Assembly: GCA_029856125.1 (NCBI GenBank)
Contig: JAHQWJ010000062.1
Location: forward strand, 32,001-96,000
From: Promethearchaeia archaeon
GTDB taxonomy: Archaea > Asgardarchaeota > Lokiarchaeia > Sigyniarchaeales > SOKP01
Direction: 5' to 3'
DNA: 64,000 nucleotides
Shown here one piece after another: positions 10,427 through 21,458 of this stretch (within the stretch, counting starts at the first letter, position 1; every line of letters starts with the position of its first letter). A program made the translations under genes and the position numbers. A model generated the notes under the pieces. The model ran no database searches and had not been told where the DNA came from. It saw nothing but the letters and a program-made list of their open reading frames with translations.

Positions 10427-11683
10427 CTATTCCACCTCTAATAATCCGTCCCAAAAAGTGCCATAAAGCATATCTTTTGGGAACTCTCCGGTTTCGTTTA
10501 GTTTTATTAACATTTTTAATTGAACTTTTTGTTGTTCCAAAGTAACTTCTCTTCCGCCTAAACCGTTTATCATTGGCAATATTCTAGCGGTACCCTTAAC
10601 TCCATGTAAAGCGGTTTTTACCTCGCAACTCACGGGTCCTCCCGTTGGACTTCCAAACGCCGTTGCTCTATCAACTACTCCAAGAAGTGGCACTTTTTTA
10701 GCAATTTCAATAATATCTTCAACTGGAAAAGGTCTTAAATGCCTTAATTTAACCATACCAACGTTATATCCTTCTTCTCTCAAATCATCAACCGCTTGTT
10801 CCATTTGTAGAGCTAAGTCCCCATAAATTACCATCCCTACATCTGCCCCTTTCATTTTATATTCTTGAACTAAACCATTTCCGTAATTTCTACCGAAAGT
10901 CTTTTCAAAATCTTTTGCTACGCTTTTAATTTTCTCTTTAGCTCTAACCATGGCATCGTGAATCTTCATTCTGAACTCGTAATAGAATCCCGATGGCATG
11001 ATGAGATTCCCAAACATTAGAGGTCTTTCTGGATCAAACCATATATGAGGCCATCCTTTTTCGTCTGGCAAAGGTGGTAAAAATGAATCAACTAAATCTT
11101 GATCTTCAATTATTACAGGTTTAGATGTGTGAGATAATATAAATCCTCCGTAGGCGACGAATTTAGGCAATAAAACTTCGTAATCTTCACATATTTTATA
11201 GGACATTAAAATTTCGTCGTAAATCTCTTGATGAGTCGCACAAAACGCAGTCATCCATCCAGTGTCCCGACAACTAATAACATCTGTAAAATCAGCCCAT
11301 ATATTCCATGGTGGTGCAGCCCCTCTCGATGCAATAGTGGTGACAATTGGTAATCTGGACCCACTAGCCCAATGAAGCATCTCGAACATGTAAAAAAGGC
11401 CTTGTCCTGCCGTTGCTGTAAAAGTTCGAGTTCCAGCTTTACTTGCTGCAATAACTGAAGCCATTACAGAATGTTCAGATTCTACTTTTATATACTGAGT
11501 TCCTGGCATTAATCCATTATCAGCAAATTCAGAAAGTTTTTCTACTACTGTTGTTTGAGGCGTAATTGGATAAGCGCTTATAACTTGAACTCTGGCAGAC
11601 TTAGCGGCGTAAGCTGCTGAAATGTTTCCTTTTATTACTATCGTTTCTTTTTCTTGAACAAAATCATTTGTGGCTTCAACCAT
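10427..11683 (-). CDS. porA: Pyruvate/2-oxoacid:ferredoxin oxidoreductase alpha subunit
   Basis: AYPITPQT, VESEHS, TFTATAGQG, GLGGRE; start set at ATG 11683, next to the porD stop. Confidence 0.92.
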   Translation of the reverse strand: MVEATNDFVQEKETIVIKGNISAAYAAKSARVQVISAYPITPQTTVVEKLSEFADNGLMPGTQYIKVESEHSVMASVIAASKAGTRTFTATAGQGLFYMFEMLHWASGSRLPIVTTIASRGAAPPWNIWADFTDVISCRDTGWMTAFCATHQEIYDEILMSYKICEDYEVLLPKFVAYGGFILSHTSKPVIIEDQDLVDSFLPPLPDEKGWPHIWFDPERPLMFGNLIMPSGFYYEFRMKIHDAMVRAKEKIKSVAKDFEKTFGRNYGNGLVQEYKMKGADVGMVIYGDLALQMEQAVDDLREEGYNVGMVKLRHLRPFPVEDIIEIAKKVPLLGVVDRATAFGSPTGGPVSCEVKTALHGVKGTARILPMINGLGGREVTLEQQKVQLKMLIKLNETGEFPKDMLYGTFWDGLLEVE

Positions 11684-11684
11684 C

Positions 11685-12026
11685 TTATATATCACTCTCT
11701 CTAACCATTTCAATATTTTTAGTAGGACATTCTTTTGCGCAAATTCCACAACCTTTACAATATAATAAATCAATTTCAAAATGTCCATCTTCTTTCTTTT
11801 CAATAACACCTTCGGGACAATACATCCAACAAATTCCGCATTTATTACAGTTTTCTTGATCTATTATAGGTCTAAATGTTCTCCAATCACCGGTCGCTCC
11901 CATGTTTCCTTCAATAGGTAGGGAAATAGGAATTGGAGGCAACTCTTTCCAATTTTTATATTCTTGAACTTTAGGGCGTTCTTTTTTAGATTTATTAATT
12001 TTTTTCCATTTTTCAGATTCAGACAT
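11685..12026 (-). CDS. porD: 2-oxoacid:ferredoxin oxidoreductase delta subunit (2x[4Fe-4S])
   Basis: [34 protein letters not shown]. Confidence 0.93.
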   Translation of the reverse strand: MSESEKWKKINKSKKERPKVQEYKNWKELPPIPISLPIEGNMGATGDWRTFRPIIDQENCNKCGICWMYCPEGVIEKKEDGHFEIDLLYCKGCGICAKECPTKNIEMVRESDI

Positions 12027-12028
12027 AA

Positions 12029-12604
12029 TTATACCTCCCTTACAGAATTATAAGCGTCTTTTGTAACTATCATGTTTTTTTCTAACTTATTTTCTCCAAA
12101 TTCTTTTTTAAGAACTTTTTCCATAATCTTAAGGTCGTAATACCCAGTAATTTTACCAAAAGCCCCTAACATAGGAATATTTAGAATTGGTCCACTAGAA
12201 TGCATGAATCCTCTATTTATACAAATCCCAGTTGCATCTACTAGATGGGTCTTTAGGTTCTTTGGAAATAAACTTAAATCGATCGATTTAGCGCTGTTAA
12301 TTAAAAGCGTAACTCCTTCTCTAATCGTTTCTTTCACTTTTGGAATAGCTAACAAAGAAGTATCAAAAATCATTATGTAATCAGGATTGACTACACTATC
12401 GTAAGTTTTTATAGGTTTATTCCTTGAAATTTTAGTGAATGCTTGAATTGGAGCACCTCTTCGCTCAGCACCTATAATGGGGATCGCAATAGCGTCTTTA
12501 AACCCCTCTTCATAAGCAAATTTAGCTAAAAGTTGGCTCGCAGTGATAGCAGTTTGACCTCCTCGACCATGAAAGGTAATTTCTATTATTCCATTATCAG
12601 TCAA
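12029..12604 (-). CDS. porG: 2-oxoacid:ferredoxin oxidoreductase gamma subunit
   Basis: [26 protein letters not shown]. Confidence 0.93.
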   Translation of the reverse strand: MTDNGIIEITFHGRGGQTAITASQLLAKFAYEEGFKDAIAIPIIGAERRGAPIQAFTKISRNKPIKTYDSVVNPDYIMIFDTSLLAIPKVKETIREGVTLLINSAKSIDLSLFPKNLKTHLVDATGICINRGFMHSSGPILNIPMLGAFGKITGYYDLKIMEKVLKKEFGENKLEKNMIVTKDAYNSVREV

Positions 12605-12844
12605 TTTTTTCCATCCTTATATTTATTCAATCTTATAAATTTGATAATAATAAAAGCCATAAAACAGTAATATAGTTATTTTTTTGGAAAACTTATAAAA
12701 TTATCTTAAATAGAACTACTAAAGTAAAGTAACTAGCAATAAATTAAAAATTTCTGGATAAAATTTATAAGGTAGACACTGAAATTGATGAAAATTAATA
12801 ATAACCTTAACTTATTTTCCTAAAATGTAGATTAGTGATTAATT

Positions 12845-13414
12845 TTGTCAGAAAAATCAAAGAATGAGGAAGTAGAATATTCATTCAAATGCCCTTCATG
12901 TGATAAAGGTAAAATAAAAATTCTTAAAACTACTTATGATGTGCCTGACGGAGATAAAATGTTACTTATTAAATTCGAATGTAACATTTGTAATTTTACT
13001 AATAATGATGTAATTCCTTTAACTACCAACAATACTCCCGGAATTATGACTTTAAGCGTTTCAAATGAAAAAGATTTAAAATCAAAAATCTATCGTTCCC
13101 CTGTTGGAAAATTAGAAATTCCAGAGTTGGAATTATTCGTTGTGCCTGGTCCAAACGCCGATTTTTACTACACAAATGTTGAAGGGATATTATTTAGGTT
13201 TGAGAATGCCGTTTTAATTTATCGTAAAAATCTCGAAAAAGACGATGATGAAATAGAAGATATTGATAAAATCTTACACGATCTACGTAAGGCAATGAAG
13301 GGAGATTTTAAATTTACTTTAATAATAACTGACACAGGAGGCGGAAGTTATATCATTCCTGAAGATGAATCAAAATACTCGTTTCAAAAATTCGAACAGA
13401 AAGAATTAAATTAA
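12845..13414 (+). CDS. ZPR1-type zinc finger protein
   Basis: CPSC...CNICNF, IPELEL, TNVEGIL, FTLIITDTGGGSYI. Confidence 0.88.
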   Translation: MSEKSKNEEVEYSFKCPSCDKGKIKILKTTYDVPDGDKMLLIKFECNICNFTNNDVIPLTTNNTPGIMTLSVSNEKDLKSKIYRSPVGKLEIPELELFVVPGPNADFYYTNVEGILFRFENAVLIYRKNLEKDDDEIEDIDKILHDLRKAMKGDFKFTLIITDTGGGSYIIPEDESKYSFQKFEQKELN

Positions 13415-13480
13415 AAGTAATCAGTGTAATTATCATAATTTCTAAATAGTAATATATTTTTTAAAATTAGATTATAATAA

Positions 13481-14641
13481 GTGCGAAATCAATTGACAAT
13501 TAAAAAAATTGGAATCCTCACAGGTGGTGGCGATTGTCCGGGTTTAAACTCAGTCATTTACGGAATTATGCTAAAAGCTTATGACGCAGGTGTAGAATGC
13601 GTTGGAATTCTAAAAGGTTGGAAGGGTCTTATAGAAAATCTAACTATCCCACTTAAAATAGCAGAACATGATGACTTACACACTATTGGAGGGACTATTT
13701 TATATACAAGCAGAACCAATCCATTTAAAGGAGCGGAGTCTAAAGAAGAAGTTGCTAAAGGTTTGGTAAATAAATTAGATGAAATGGGTATTGACGCTTT
13801 AATTGCGATTGGAGGGGATGATACTTTAAGCGTTGCGGATGCTATGTGTAAATACGCAAAAGCAAATGTAATCGGATGCCCCAAAACGATTGACAATGAC
13901 TTGTTTGGGACTCATTACACGTTCGGGTTTTGGAGTTCGACGCAATTAGCCTCTAACGCAATGGACAATCTCACTACAACAGCTCGATCGCATCAACGGG
14001 TTTTTGTAGTTGAAATAATGGGGAGAGATGCAGGATTTCTCACTATGTATAGTGGAATTTCTGCTGGTGCTGATATTATATTAATCCCCGAAACACCATT
14101 TGATTTAGAATTGGACATTATTGATGTGCTTAAAAAGAGGGCAAATGCAGGATATAAATATCATATCATAGCAACTTCTGAAGGCGCTTATCCAAAGTTG
14201 GAATCACTTAATCGAGATTTTAAAACGATTTCAAAAGAAACCATTGATAAATTGCCTAAAGACACTTACGGTAATCCTCTCCTCGCGAAATTAAATATAT
14301 CTAAGATAATTGTTGATGAATTAAACTTAAGAGAAGATCTTAAATCAGAATTTCAGAAAAACGGTGTTGATTTTGAATGTAGAAGCGTCGTTCTTGGTCA
14401 TACTATGAGAGCCGGAACTCCTAATTGTTATGATCGAATATTAGGATTGAGGTTTGGTTTAGCTGCGATGAAACTAGTTTTAAACAAAGACTTTGGTTAT
14501 ATGGTTTCGCTCCAAGGAACTAAAATAGAGAAGGTTCCCTTAGCTGAAGGTGTTAAAAAGAAGTATTTAACATTTGATAATGATAAAATGGAATTAAGAG
14601 ACTTGTTGGTAAAAATTCGATATCTTTCTAAGCAAAAATAG
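13481..14641 (+). CDS. pfkA: 6-phosphofructokinase (PfkA family, probably PPi-dependent)
   Basis: ILTGGGDCPGLN, GGDDT, PKTIDND, EIMGRDAG, LGHTMRAG. Confidence 0.92.
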   Translation: MRNQLTIKKIGILTGGGDCPGLNSVIYGIMLKAYDAGVECVGILKGWKGLIENLTIPLKIAEHDDLHTIGGTILYTSRTNPFKGAESKEEVAKGLVNKLDEMGIDALIAIGGDDTLSVADAMCKYAKANVIGCPKTIDNDLFGTHYTFGFWSSTQLASNAMDNLTTTARSHQRVFVVEIMGRDAGFLTMYSGISAGADIILIPETPFDLELDIIDVLKKRANAGYKYHIIATSEGAYPKLESLNRDFKTISKETIDKLPKDTYGNPLLAKLNISKIIVDELNLREDLKSEFQKNGVDFECRSVVLGHTMRAGTPNCYDRILGLRFGLAAMKLVLNKDFGYMVSLQGTKIEKVPLAEGVKKKYLTFDNDKMELRDLLVKIRYLSKQK

Positions 14642-14769
14642 CACAATAATGTGCTACTACTAAGTTTACTTAGAATATAATTGTGGAATGAAATAATCAT
14701 AAATTCTTCCGTTCTATATGAAATAGGTTATATACATGGCTATCATTTTAGAATCATACTTGCATTTAA

Positions 14770-15555
14770 ATGAAAAAGAAAATGACAGCTTCTATTGTAA
14801 TTGAGGGAAAAATCTCTGTAAATGCAGTTTTGCACTCAAAATATCGTAAGGTTCTGACTTTATTTTATGATGTTACCAAGCTAGAGAGGAAAAGGAATAT
14901 TAAACAAGCAAAATCTCTCAAGCAAATACTGGAATCAGTAAAATCCAAGGAAATCAAGGTTGAAGTAGTGGATAAAAAGTGGTTTGATAAACATGCAAAG
15001 GGGAAGACTCATGGAGGAATTGCTGCTATTGTAAGTGAAAGAATCTACCAAAAAATGCCTGAACTCTTGAATTCAAAACTCAGCACTATTTTTTTTTTAG
15101 ATGGAATTGAAGACCCTTATAATCTTGGTTACACAATACGGTCATTATATGCTGCAGGAATAGATGGAATCGTTATGAAACAGAGAAATTGGCTTGATGT
15201 GGAAGCAATAATTATTAAATCTTCCGCAGGCACCTCAGAATTAATGCCGATAGCATTAGTTGAAGATCTAGAAACAGCAGCTAACTTCTTCAAATCTAAT
15301 AATTACACCATTGCTTGTGCTAGTAAAGATAAAGGAAAGTCAATATATCAAAGTAGTCTGAGCCCTCCGATATTTATAGTAATTGGGGGTGAAAAAAGAG
15401 GCATTAATCGTACTTTTTTAGATAAAGCAGATTTACGGTTTACTATTCCTTATAAGCGGGAATTTGCCGGATCTCTCCCGCTTAATTCAGCAGCAATTAT
15501 AATTGGATTTGAAATTCTTAGACAACACGATTATTCTCACAAGGAAGTCTTCTAA
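14770..15555 (+). CDS. SpoU/TrmH-family RNA 2'-O-methyltransferase (RlmB-like)
   Basis: THGG, LDGIEDPYNLG..IRS, SSAG, IGGEKRGI, IPY...SL. Confidence 0.88.
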   Translation: MKKKMTASIVIEGKISVNAVLHSKYRKVLTLFYDVTKLERKRNIKQAKSLKQILESVKSKEIKVEVVDKKWFDKHAKGKTHGGIAAIVSERIYQKMPELLNSKLSTIFFLDGIEDPYNLGYTIRSLYAAGIDGIVMKQRNWLDVEAIIIKSSAGTSELMPIALVEDLETAANFFKSNNYTIACASKDKGKSIYQSSLSPPIFIVIGGEKRGINRTFLDKADLRFTIPYKREFAGSLPLNSAAIIIGFEILRQHDYSHKEVF

Positions 15556-15584
15556 TCATTTTAAAAAATAACTTTAATTTCTAC

Positions 15585-16829
15585 TTAGCCATAATGCTTC
15601 TCTTCTTCCTGTTCAGCATCAATTGCGTCTTTTTCTACATCTCGATCGAGCCACTTTTCGCTTAGTAATTCTTTATAGTATTCATGTTGAATAATTAAAT
15701 TCATTATTTCCGTAGTTCCAGTCCATATTTCTCCAAGTCTTGAATCTCGAAGTATTCTTTCAATAGGATAAACGGTTGTATAACCAATTCCCCCCATTAC
15801 TTGCATTGCGCTATTGATAACCTTCCAGCAAGCTTTAGTAGAAAATTTTTTTGATTCAGAAACTAATCTTCTTTGTAAAGCGGATGGCGCACCTGCATCA
15901 ATGGTTCTTGCTGTATTCAAAACTAATGACCTCGCTGCATCTAAAAGCGTAATGCTATCGGCTATTTTAAAATTCACAGCTTGAAAGTTTTTTATTATCT
16001 GCCCAAAAGCTTTTCTCTTAGTTGAATATTTAGTAGCAATATGAAGACATGTCCTTGCTGATCCTAGTGAGCCCGATGCGGTTGTAAGACGTTCAGGGAC
16101 CATCATTTGATAAAAGATTATACCTCCCTTCCCTTCCCCCATAATGACATTTTCTTTAGGAACATGAACATCTTCAAATTTGAGTCTTCCAGCACCACCA
16201 CCTCTAGTTCCTAAAAGACCATATAAATATTCAGTTTCAACACCTTTACTACGATCTACAATAAAAAGAGTTAGAGATGACCGAGGATCAGCTTTAGGAT
16301 CTAAATTGGTTTTAGCATAAACTAGAAAGAAATCAGCTCCCTCAGCACCTACAACAAAACGCTTCTCCCCGTTTATTATATAATAATCCCCATCTTCAAC
16401 AGCCGTGCAAGTTGACCCAAAGAAATCAGAACCCCCTCTTGGTTCTGTTAAAGCCTCTGCTGTATATTTCTTACCTTCACACATTGGTTTTAGGTACTTT
16501 AACTTTTGATCGTCAGAACCAAACAAATTCATAGCTTCTCCAGTAATTATAGGAAGAGAATATAAACATGGTAGAGCGCTCCCTAATACACCTACTTCTT
16601 CAAGAGCTACAACCTCACATTCCCAATTTAATCCTCGACCACCAAATTCTTTAGGAAACCTTAAACCTATAAGATTTTTTTTACCAAGCTTCTGTAAAAA
16701 CTCCGTCGGATAGTTAATTTCTTCTTTATCCATTTTTTTAATTAAGGAGGGAGGAACATCGTCTCTCACGAATGCACGTACCTCTTCTTTAATTTTCTTG
16801 GCATCTTCACTTATTAAATAATCAAACAT
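15585..16829 (-). CDS. Acyl-CoA dehydrogenase
   Basis: [45 protein letters not shown]. Confidence 0.93.
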   Translation of the reverse strand: MFDYLISEDAKKIKEEVRAFVRDDVPPSLIKKMDKEEINYPTEFLQKLGKKNLIGLRFPKEFGGRGLNWECEVVALEEVGVLGSALPCLYSLPIITGEAMNLFGSDDQKLKYLKPMCEGKKYTAEALTEPRGGSDFFGSTCTAVEDGDYYIINGEKRFVVGAEGADFFLVYAKTNLDPKADPRSSLTLFIVDRSKGVETEYLYGLLGTRGGGAGRLKFEDVHVPKENVIMGEGKGGIIFYQMMVPERLTTASGSLGSARTCLHIATKYSTKRKAFGQIIKNFQAVNFKIADSITLLDAARSLVLNTARTIDAGAPSALQRRLVSESKKFSTKACWKVINSAMQVMGGIGYTTVYPIERILRDSRLGEIWTGTTEIMNLIIQHEYYKELLSEKWLDRDVEKDAIDAEQEEEKHYG

Positions 16830-16983
16830 TTTTGATTCTCGCTTTATATTTTATAATACTCAATAAAAATAATAGACAGTTTAAAATTTATTAGTTTCCA
16901 ACAATTTTTAAAAAAAATAAGAAATCCATATTTAGTAATACAGAGAGCAATATCGTGGTAATATGAAGGTATATGGTAAAGTA

Positions 16984-17003
16984 CGTGAAAGTTCAGTTTC
17001 ACG
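16984..17003. promoter_or_regulatory. Perfect 7-bp inverted repeat CGTGAAA-N6-TTTCACG (hairpin or operator)
   Basis: Seen directly in the intergenic region between two minus-strand genes; function unknown. Confidence 0.35.
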
Positions 17004-17054
17004 AACTTGAACAACAAATAAATAAAATTAGATTTCTATTTTATAATTTGAAAA

Positions 17055-18206
17055 TTAATGCTCAATTTCGAATATAATCTTAAGATATTCGTATTTGGAA
17101 TTAAGTAATTTCAGGATATTTTTCGCAAGTATTCTTAGGTTTTGTGCGTGTAATGGTTTCTCTTCTGCTTGTTCATTGTAAAAATCACGAATCATCTTTC
17201 TTGTTTCATCTACTCCGTTAGCGTCGTAAAATTTATCCCAATGAATAGAGATTTTACATAGCGATTTTATCTTCTCGTCCGTATATTTAGATTTGTCTAA
17301 AAGAAGGTTTTTATATTTTTTTATAGCTTCGCCAACTTTTTCAAGGTGGTCCGCAATAGTTAAAGAATAACGGCAAATGCTTATTAGATTCGATGTAGAT
17401 CTAGTATTTCGCGTATTAGCTGCCTGTTCAAAAGAATTCCAGGTATCTAACCATTCATCCTTGTGAATACCATCAATACCATTGTTCACCATTGCTACAT
17501 TAATAATATCGCTTAAATCTACATCGTGTCCTCTTTTAATTTTTTTATCAAAAATTTCTTTTAAACTTGAACCTTCGAGATTGCTACCTGCTCCAAAATC
17601 AAGTAGCTGATTAAGATTATTTGCTGCAAACAATGTTTCACGCCTTTTTTCTTTAGTTTCAAACTTCTCCCATTCTACAGATTTTTCCCATTCTCCAGTT
17701 TCTTTGTTTTTTAAAAAACTGCACTCTTTTAAGGAAGAATCTAATAGGTTCGTCTGAAACATCCAGAAGTCTATATCGTCAGTAAATCTCTTTCTTCTCC
17801 AATCTCTAGTCGTATATTTACCTAAATAGAGTTTTAGTGTCCCTCTTACTGACGAGAATTTACCCTTTTTTAACACTTCGCGAGCTTCTTGACAGTAATG
17901 ATGATTAGGGTCTAGGGAACATAGTTCTATTTTTTTCAAAATGTTTCTTGCTTCTTTAGCAATTATATCACAAGGGATACTACCATCAGAAGGGTATGCT
18001 CTAGACCCACCCTCTATAAAGTTTTCGAACAGCTTGAAATCGGTTTCTGGAATTGTATACCATGGATTAGAAAATTTAACTTTGCTAAAAACATAGTGAA
18101 TAAAGCCTTCCCCGTCTTTTCTAGTTTTTTCGATAATTTGTGAGACATCCCTAAGGTTATCACCTTTCTCTATTACATCTGATTTACTGTCCCAAATTCC
18201 ATTCAT
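17055..18206 (-). CDS. Hypothetical protein with AbiEii/MenT-like nucleotidyltransferase motifs
   Basis: VRGTLKLYL...RFTDDIDFW and KKIKRGHDVDLSDI. Confidence 0.55.
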   Translation of the reverse strand: MNGIWDSKSDVIEKGDNLRDVSQIIEKTRKDGEGFIHYVFSKVKFSNPWYTIPETDFKLFENFIEGGSRAYPSDGSIPCDIIAKEARNILKKIELCSLDPNHHYCQEAREVLKKGKFSSVRGTLKLYLGKYTTRDWRRKRFTDDIDFWMFQTNLLDSSLKECSFLKNKETGEWEKSVEWEKFETKEKRRETLFAANNLNQLLDFGAGSNLEGSSLKEIFDKKIKRGHDVDLSDIINVAMVNNGIDGIHKDEWLDTWNSFEQAANTRNTRSTSNLISICRYSLTIADHLEKVGEAIKKYKNLLLDKSKYTDEKIKSLCKISIHWDKFYDANGVDETRKMIRDFYNEQAEEKPLHAQNLRILAKNILKLLNSKYEYLKIIFEIEH

Positions 18207-18338
18207 TTATTAATCCCGACAATTAACTAATATGACTATAGCCGTTATGCTTCTTAAATCTTATTTTTATAATTTAAATCATTAAGTATCTTAGAAATAA
18301 AAAAGTTAAAAGGATAGTATATATTAAACTTAAAGATT

Positions 18339-19016
18339 ATGTACAAATTCTTTTCAGTTTTCACATATACGCCATGGGATAATCTTAACACAGAAGTTTT
18401 ATCTGAAGTTAAACTTTTATCTCTGAAAAGTGTAATCAAAACTTTTCCTGTAGTTGAACCAGGATTTTTTGATGATTTACGTTCAAACATGTATAATTTT
18501 AACCATTATTCCTGGGTGGAATGTATTAAAAGAATCGTTGGACCTGATAACGAGGATTACGACATAAAACCATGGATTTTTATTTGGGGGATGGACCATG
18601 AAAGGAGAATGTTCCAATTTCTCATTCAAAAAGTCGATGAAGAATCAAAAGATTCGCAAGCTGTATTAGTAGCTCTAGCCCCTCCAGAATTAGCTAAGTT
18701 ATTTGAGGAATATAAAGAAGGAGCTATTTTGCGAACATTATCATTACTAAACACCCCGAAAAAATTGAAATTCTTAATAGTCTTAGCTCCAAAAGGAAAA
18801 TCCATTGCGGAAGAACAACAATTGCTACGGATAAATAAACAGGATTTAGAGAAATTGAAATTCGTTAATACTTTAAAGCATATGCCTAATATTAAAGGAC
18901 AATGGTTCCCAACATATGATGTGAAGTGTCCAATTTGTAATGGCCCACTTACACAAGTTTATGCTCCTGAAGTAGGGTTAAAGTGCAAAACATGTGGGTT
19001 TAAAAAAGTAAAATAA
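18339..19016 (+). CDS. Hypothetical protein with C-terminal zinc ribbon
   Basis: 225-aa ORF ending CPICNG...CKTCGF. Confidence 0.75.
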   Translation: MYKFFSVFTYTPWDNLNTEVLSEVKLLSLKSVIKTFPVVEPGFFDDLRSNMYNFNHYSWVECIKRIVGPDNEDYDIKPWIFIWGMDHERRMFQFLIQKVDEESKDSQAVLVALAPPELAKLFEEYKEGAILRTLSLLNTPKKLKFLIVLAPKGKSIAEEQQLLRINKQDLEKLKFVNTLKHMPNIKGQWFPTYDVKCPICNGPLTQVYAPEVGLKCKTCGFKKVK

Positions 19017-19108
19017 ATTTTTCATAGAACAATTAATAATAATTTTTAATTCATACTACAATCTATAACATATCAATTAACATAAAAATAAAAAGAGAAT
19101 TATTAACT

Positions 19109-20647
19109 ATGTTTGTTGCAGCACTCGACCTTGGAACCACAGGATGTAGAACTTTTATTTTTGATCTATCTGGTTCAATAATATCAAGTGCCTACCAAGA
19201 GTGGGAGAGTTTTTACCCAGTTCCTTCTTATGTGGAGCAGGATGCTAATTTGTGGTGGGAATCACTAAAGAAAACTATCGAAATAGCTATTAAAAAAAGC
19301 GGAATCGATAAATCTGAAATTGTAAGTCTTTCTGTTACTAATCAGCGCGAAACAATTGTTCCTGTAGATCGAGAAGGAAACCCTTTACACAATGCGTTAG
19401 TATGGCAAGATCGAAGAACTACTAACCAGGTTGAGTTCATTAAGAAAAAAATAGGAGAAGATAAAATATATAATGCAACAGGGTTAACAATTGATCCCTA
19501 TTTTTCAGCGACAAAAATTTTGTGGTTCAAAGATGAAAAACCAGATATATATCAAAAAACTCATAAATTCTTACTTGTTTCTGATTACATTCTTTATAAA
19601 TTAACAGGACAATTTTATACAGACCACTCTAACGCTTCAAGGACAATGCTTTTTGACATTAACAAATTAAATTATTCAGATGAGATCGCCTCTGAACTTG
19701 AAATTGACTTGGATAAGATGCCGGAACCAGTAGAAAGTGGAATCGATATAGGCGAAATCATAACTGAGGATATATTATTTGACAAAAAAACTTTGGTAAT
19801 AACCGGAGCGGGGGATCAGCAATCGGCAGCACTGGGAGTAGGAGTTGTTTCTCCCGGAAACATTAAAGTCACGACTGGAACTGGAAGTTTTATACTAGCC
19901 TATTTAGAACGACCTAACCTTGATCCAAAAAAGCGTGTGTTATGCAGTTGCCATGCAATTCCCGGAGCATGGGTTCAAGAAGCCAGCATTTTTACTTCTG
20001 GAGCCTTTTTAAGATGGTTTAGGGACGAACTTGGGTCAGAAGAGTGTCAACAGGCTGAAGAACAAAACCAAGATCCATACATTATTTTAACTGAAGAAGC
20101 TGAAAAGTCGCCCATTGGATCTAACGCATTAATAGCCATTCCGTATTTGGTTGGTGCTGGAGCACCTCATTGGAACCCGTATGCACGAGGATTAATCTAT
20201 GGTTTATCATTAGGTCATAAAAGAAGAGATATTATACGTTCTATTATGGAGGGAGTGGCATTTGAAATAAGAAAGAATGTTGAAATCTTTAGAGAGTTAG
20301 GAATCGCTCCGAAAGAATTGAAGTTAACGGGGGGTGGCTCTCGCTCAGATTTTTGGAATCAAATCTACTCTGATGTTATAGGGATAACTTGTGTAAGAAA
20401 TGTAATTGAAGAAGCAACCTCGTTAGGAGCAGCAATTTTAGCGGCTGCAGGTGCCGGATTGTTTCCTGATGTTGTAAAAGCTGCTGAGAATATTTGTAAG
20501 GTGGATAAGAAATGGACTCCCAACGTAAATCATCAGAAGGTTTATAATAAGGTTTACAAAATGTCAAACAATTTATATTCTTATTTAAATGAAAAAAGTT
20601 TCTTTAAAACATTCGTCGAAACGCTCCAAAATAAAGAAACCAATTAA
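19109..20647 (+). CDS. FGGY-family carbohydrate kinase (xylulokinase/glycerol kinase-like)
   Basis: LDLGTTG, TNQRET, WQDRR, TDHSNASRTML, GDQQSA, TGGGSRS. Confidence 0.9.
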   Translation: MFVAALDLGTTGCRTFIFDLSGSIISSAYQEWESFYPVPSYVEQDANLWWESLKKTIEIAIKKSGIDKSEIVSLSVTNQRETIVPVDREGNPLHNALVWQDRRTTNQVEFIKKKIGEDKIYNATGLTIDPYFSATKILWFKDEKPDIYQKTHKFLLVSDYILYKLTGQFYTDHSNASRTMLFDINKLNYSDEIASELEIDLDKMPEPVESGIDIGEIITEDILFDKKTLVITGAGDQQSAALGVGVVSPGNIKVTTGTGSFILAYLERPNLDPKKRVLCSCHAIPGAWVQEASIFTSGAFLRWFRDELGSEECQQAEEQNQDPYIILTEEAEKSPIGSNALIAIPYLVGAGAPHWNPYARGLIYGLSLGHKRRDIIRSIMEGVAFEIRKNVEIFRELGIAPKELKLTGGGSRSDFWNQIYSDVIGITCVRNVIEEATSLGAAILAAAGAGLFPDVVKAAENICKVDKKWTPNVNHQKVYNKVYKMSNNLYSYLNEKSFFKTFVETLQNKETN

Positions 20648-20739
20648 TGCATTCACTTCATAGGTCTTTACTTTAGATTTAAGTTAAAATACTCAATTTT
20701 ATATATTTAGAATGTTATAAATTTTTTAAATAAAATAGA

Positions 20740-21348
20740 TTGGTGGAAAAAATGGAAGAATCATATTCAAATTCTAACGAAATTTATCCTTCAAACCAAA
20801 GAGTAGTAGGAGATATGTTTTATATTTTTATCGTTATTTCTTGCTTAATTTGCATTACTGGAGGTATCTGGTCATTATTTGATTTTATCATGCCAACAGG
20901 GAAGTTAGAATCTTTCTTGGGATTAACATTAGGATACCAAATCGCAATCATTGCTGGAATTTTAGCAGTGTTGTTTTTTCTGTTAATATTTTTCTTCGGA
21001 TTATTCAAAAAAGGAAGAAGATGGGTGTTACACTTCATTTTCAAAGTGAGAGAAATTGAAGAAAAGTATAAAAATCGCGTAGATGTTAAAATTGCAGCTG
21101 GGGGCTTGTTAATAAGCATAATGGTAATTATTATAGGTATTGTGATAGCTATGATTCAAGAGATTTTGATTGCTCCTAGCCAAAGTTCGCCTTTTTCTTT
21201 GTTTTTAGCCTCGTTTTCAGCAGGTAATTGGATTTTATTCACGGGAATTTCGCTCTTTGCGATTTTAGCAGTCACCTTATTTATGATCTACTTTTGGAAA
21301 AATGGATACTATGTAATATTAAGAGTAATGGGAAAATTGGAGAAATAG
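20740..21348 (+). CDS. Four-TM hypothetical membrane protein
   Basis: Four hydrophobic segments arranged as two similar halves. Confidence 0.75.
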   Translation: MVEKMEESYSNSNEIYPSNQRVVGDMFYIFIVISCLICITGGIWSLFDFIMPTGKLESFLGLTLGYQIAIIAGILAVLFFLLIFFFGLFKKGRRWVLHFIFKVREIEEKYKNRVDVKIAAGGLLISIMVIIIGIVIAMIQEILIAPSQSSPFSLFLASFSAGNWILFTGISLFAILAVTLFMIYFWKNGYYVILRVMGKLEK

Positions 21349-21458
21349 TGCCTAAATTTTATTTCATCCATTTTTTTTTATCTAATTTACTTTCTTTTTA
21401 AATCAGTAAATTCTGTCTCTTATCTATATTTATTAATATTTTTACTTATCTAAATTCA

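Noticed and set aside
11684-11809. 42-aa N-terminal extension of PorA
   Set aside because: It overlaps porD in another frame; ATG 11683 next to the porD stop fits better.
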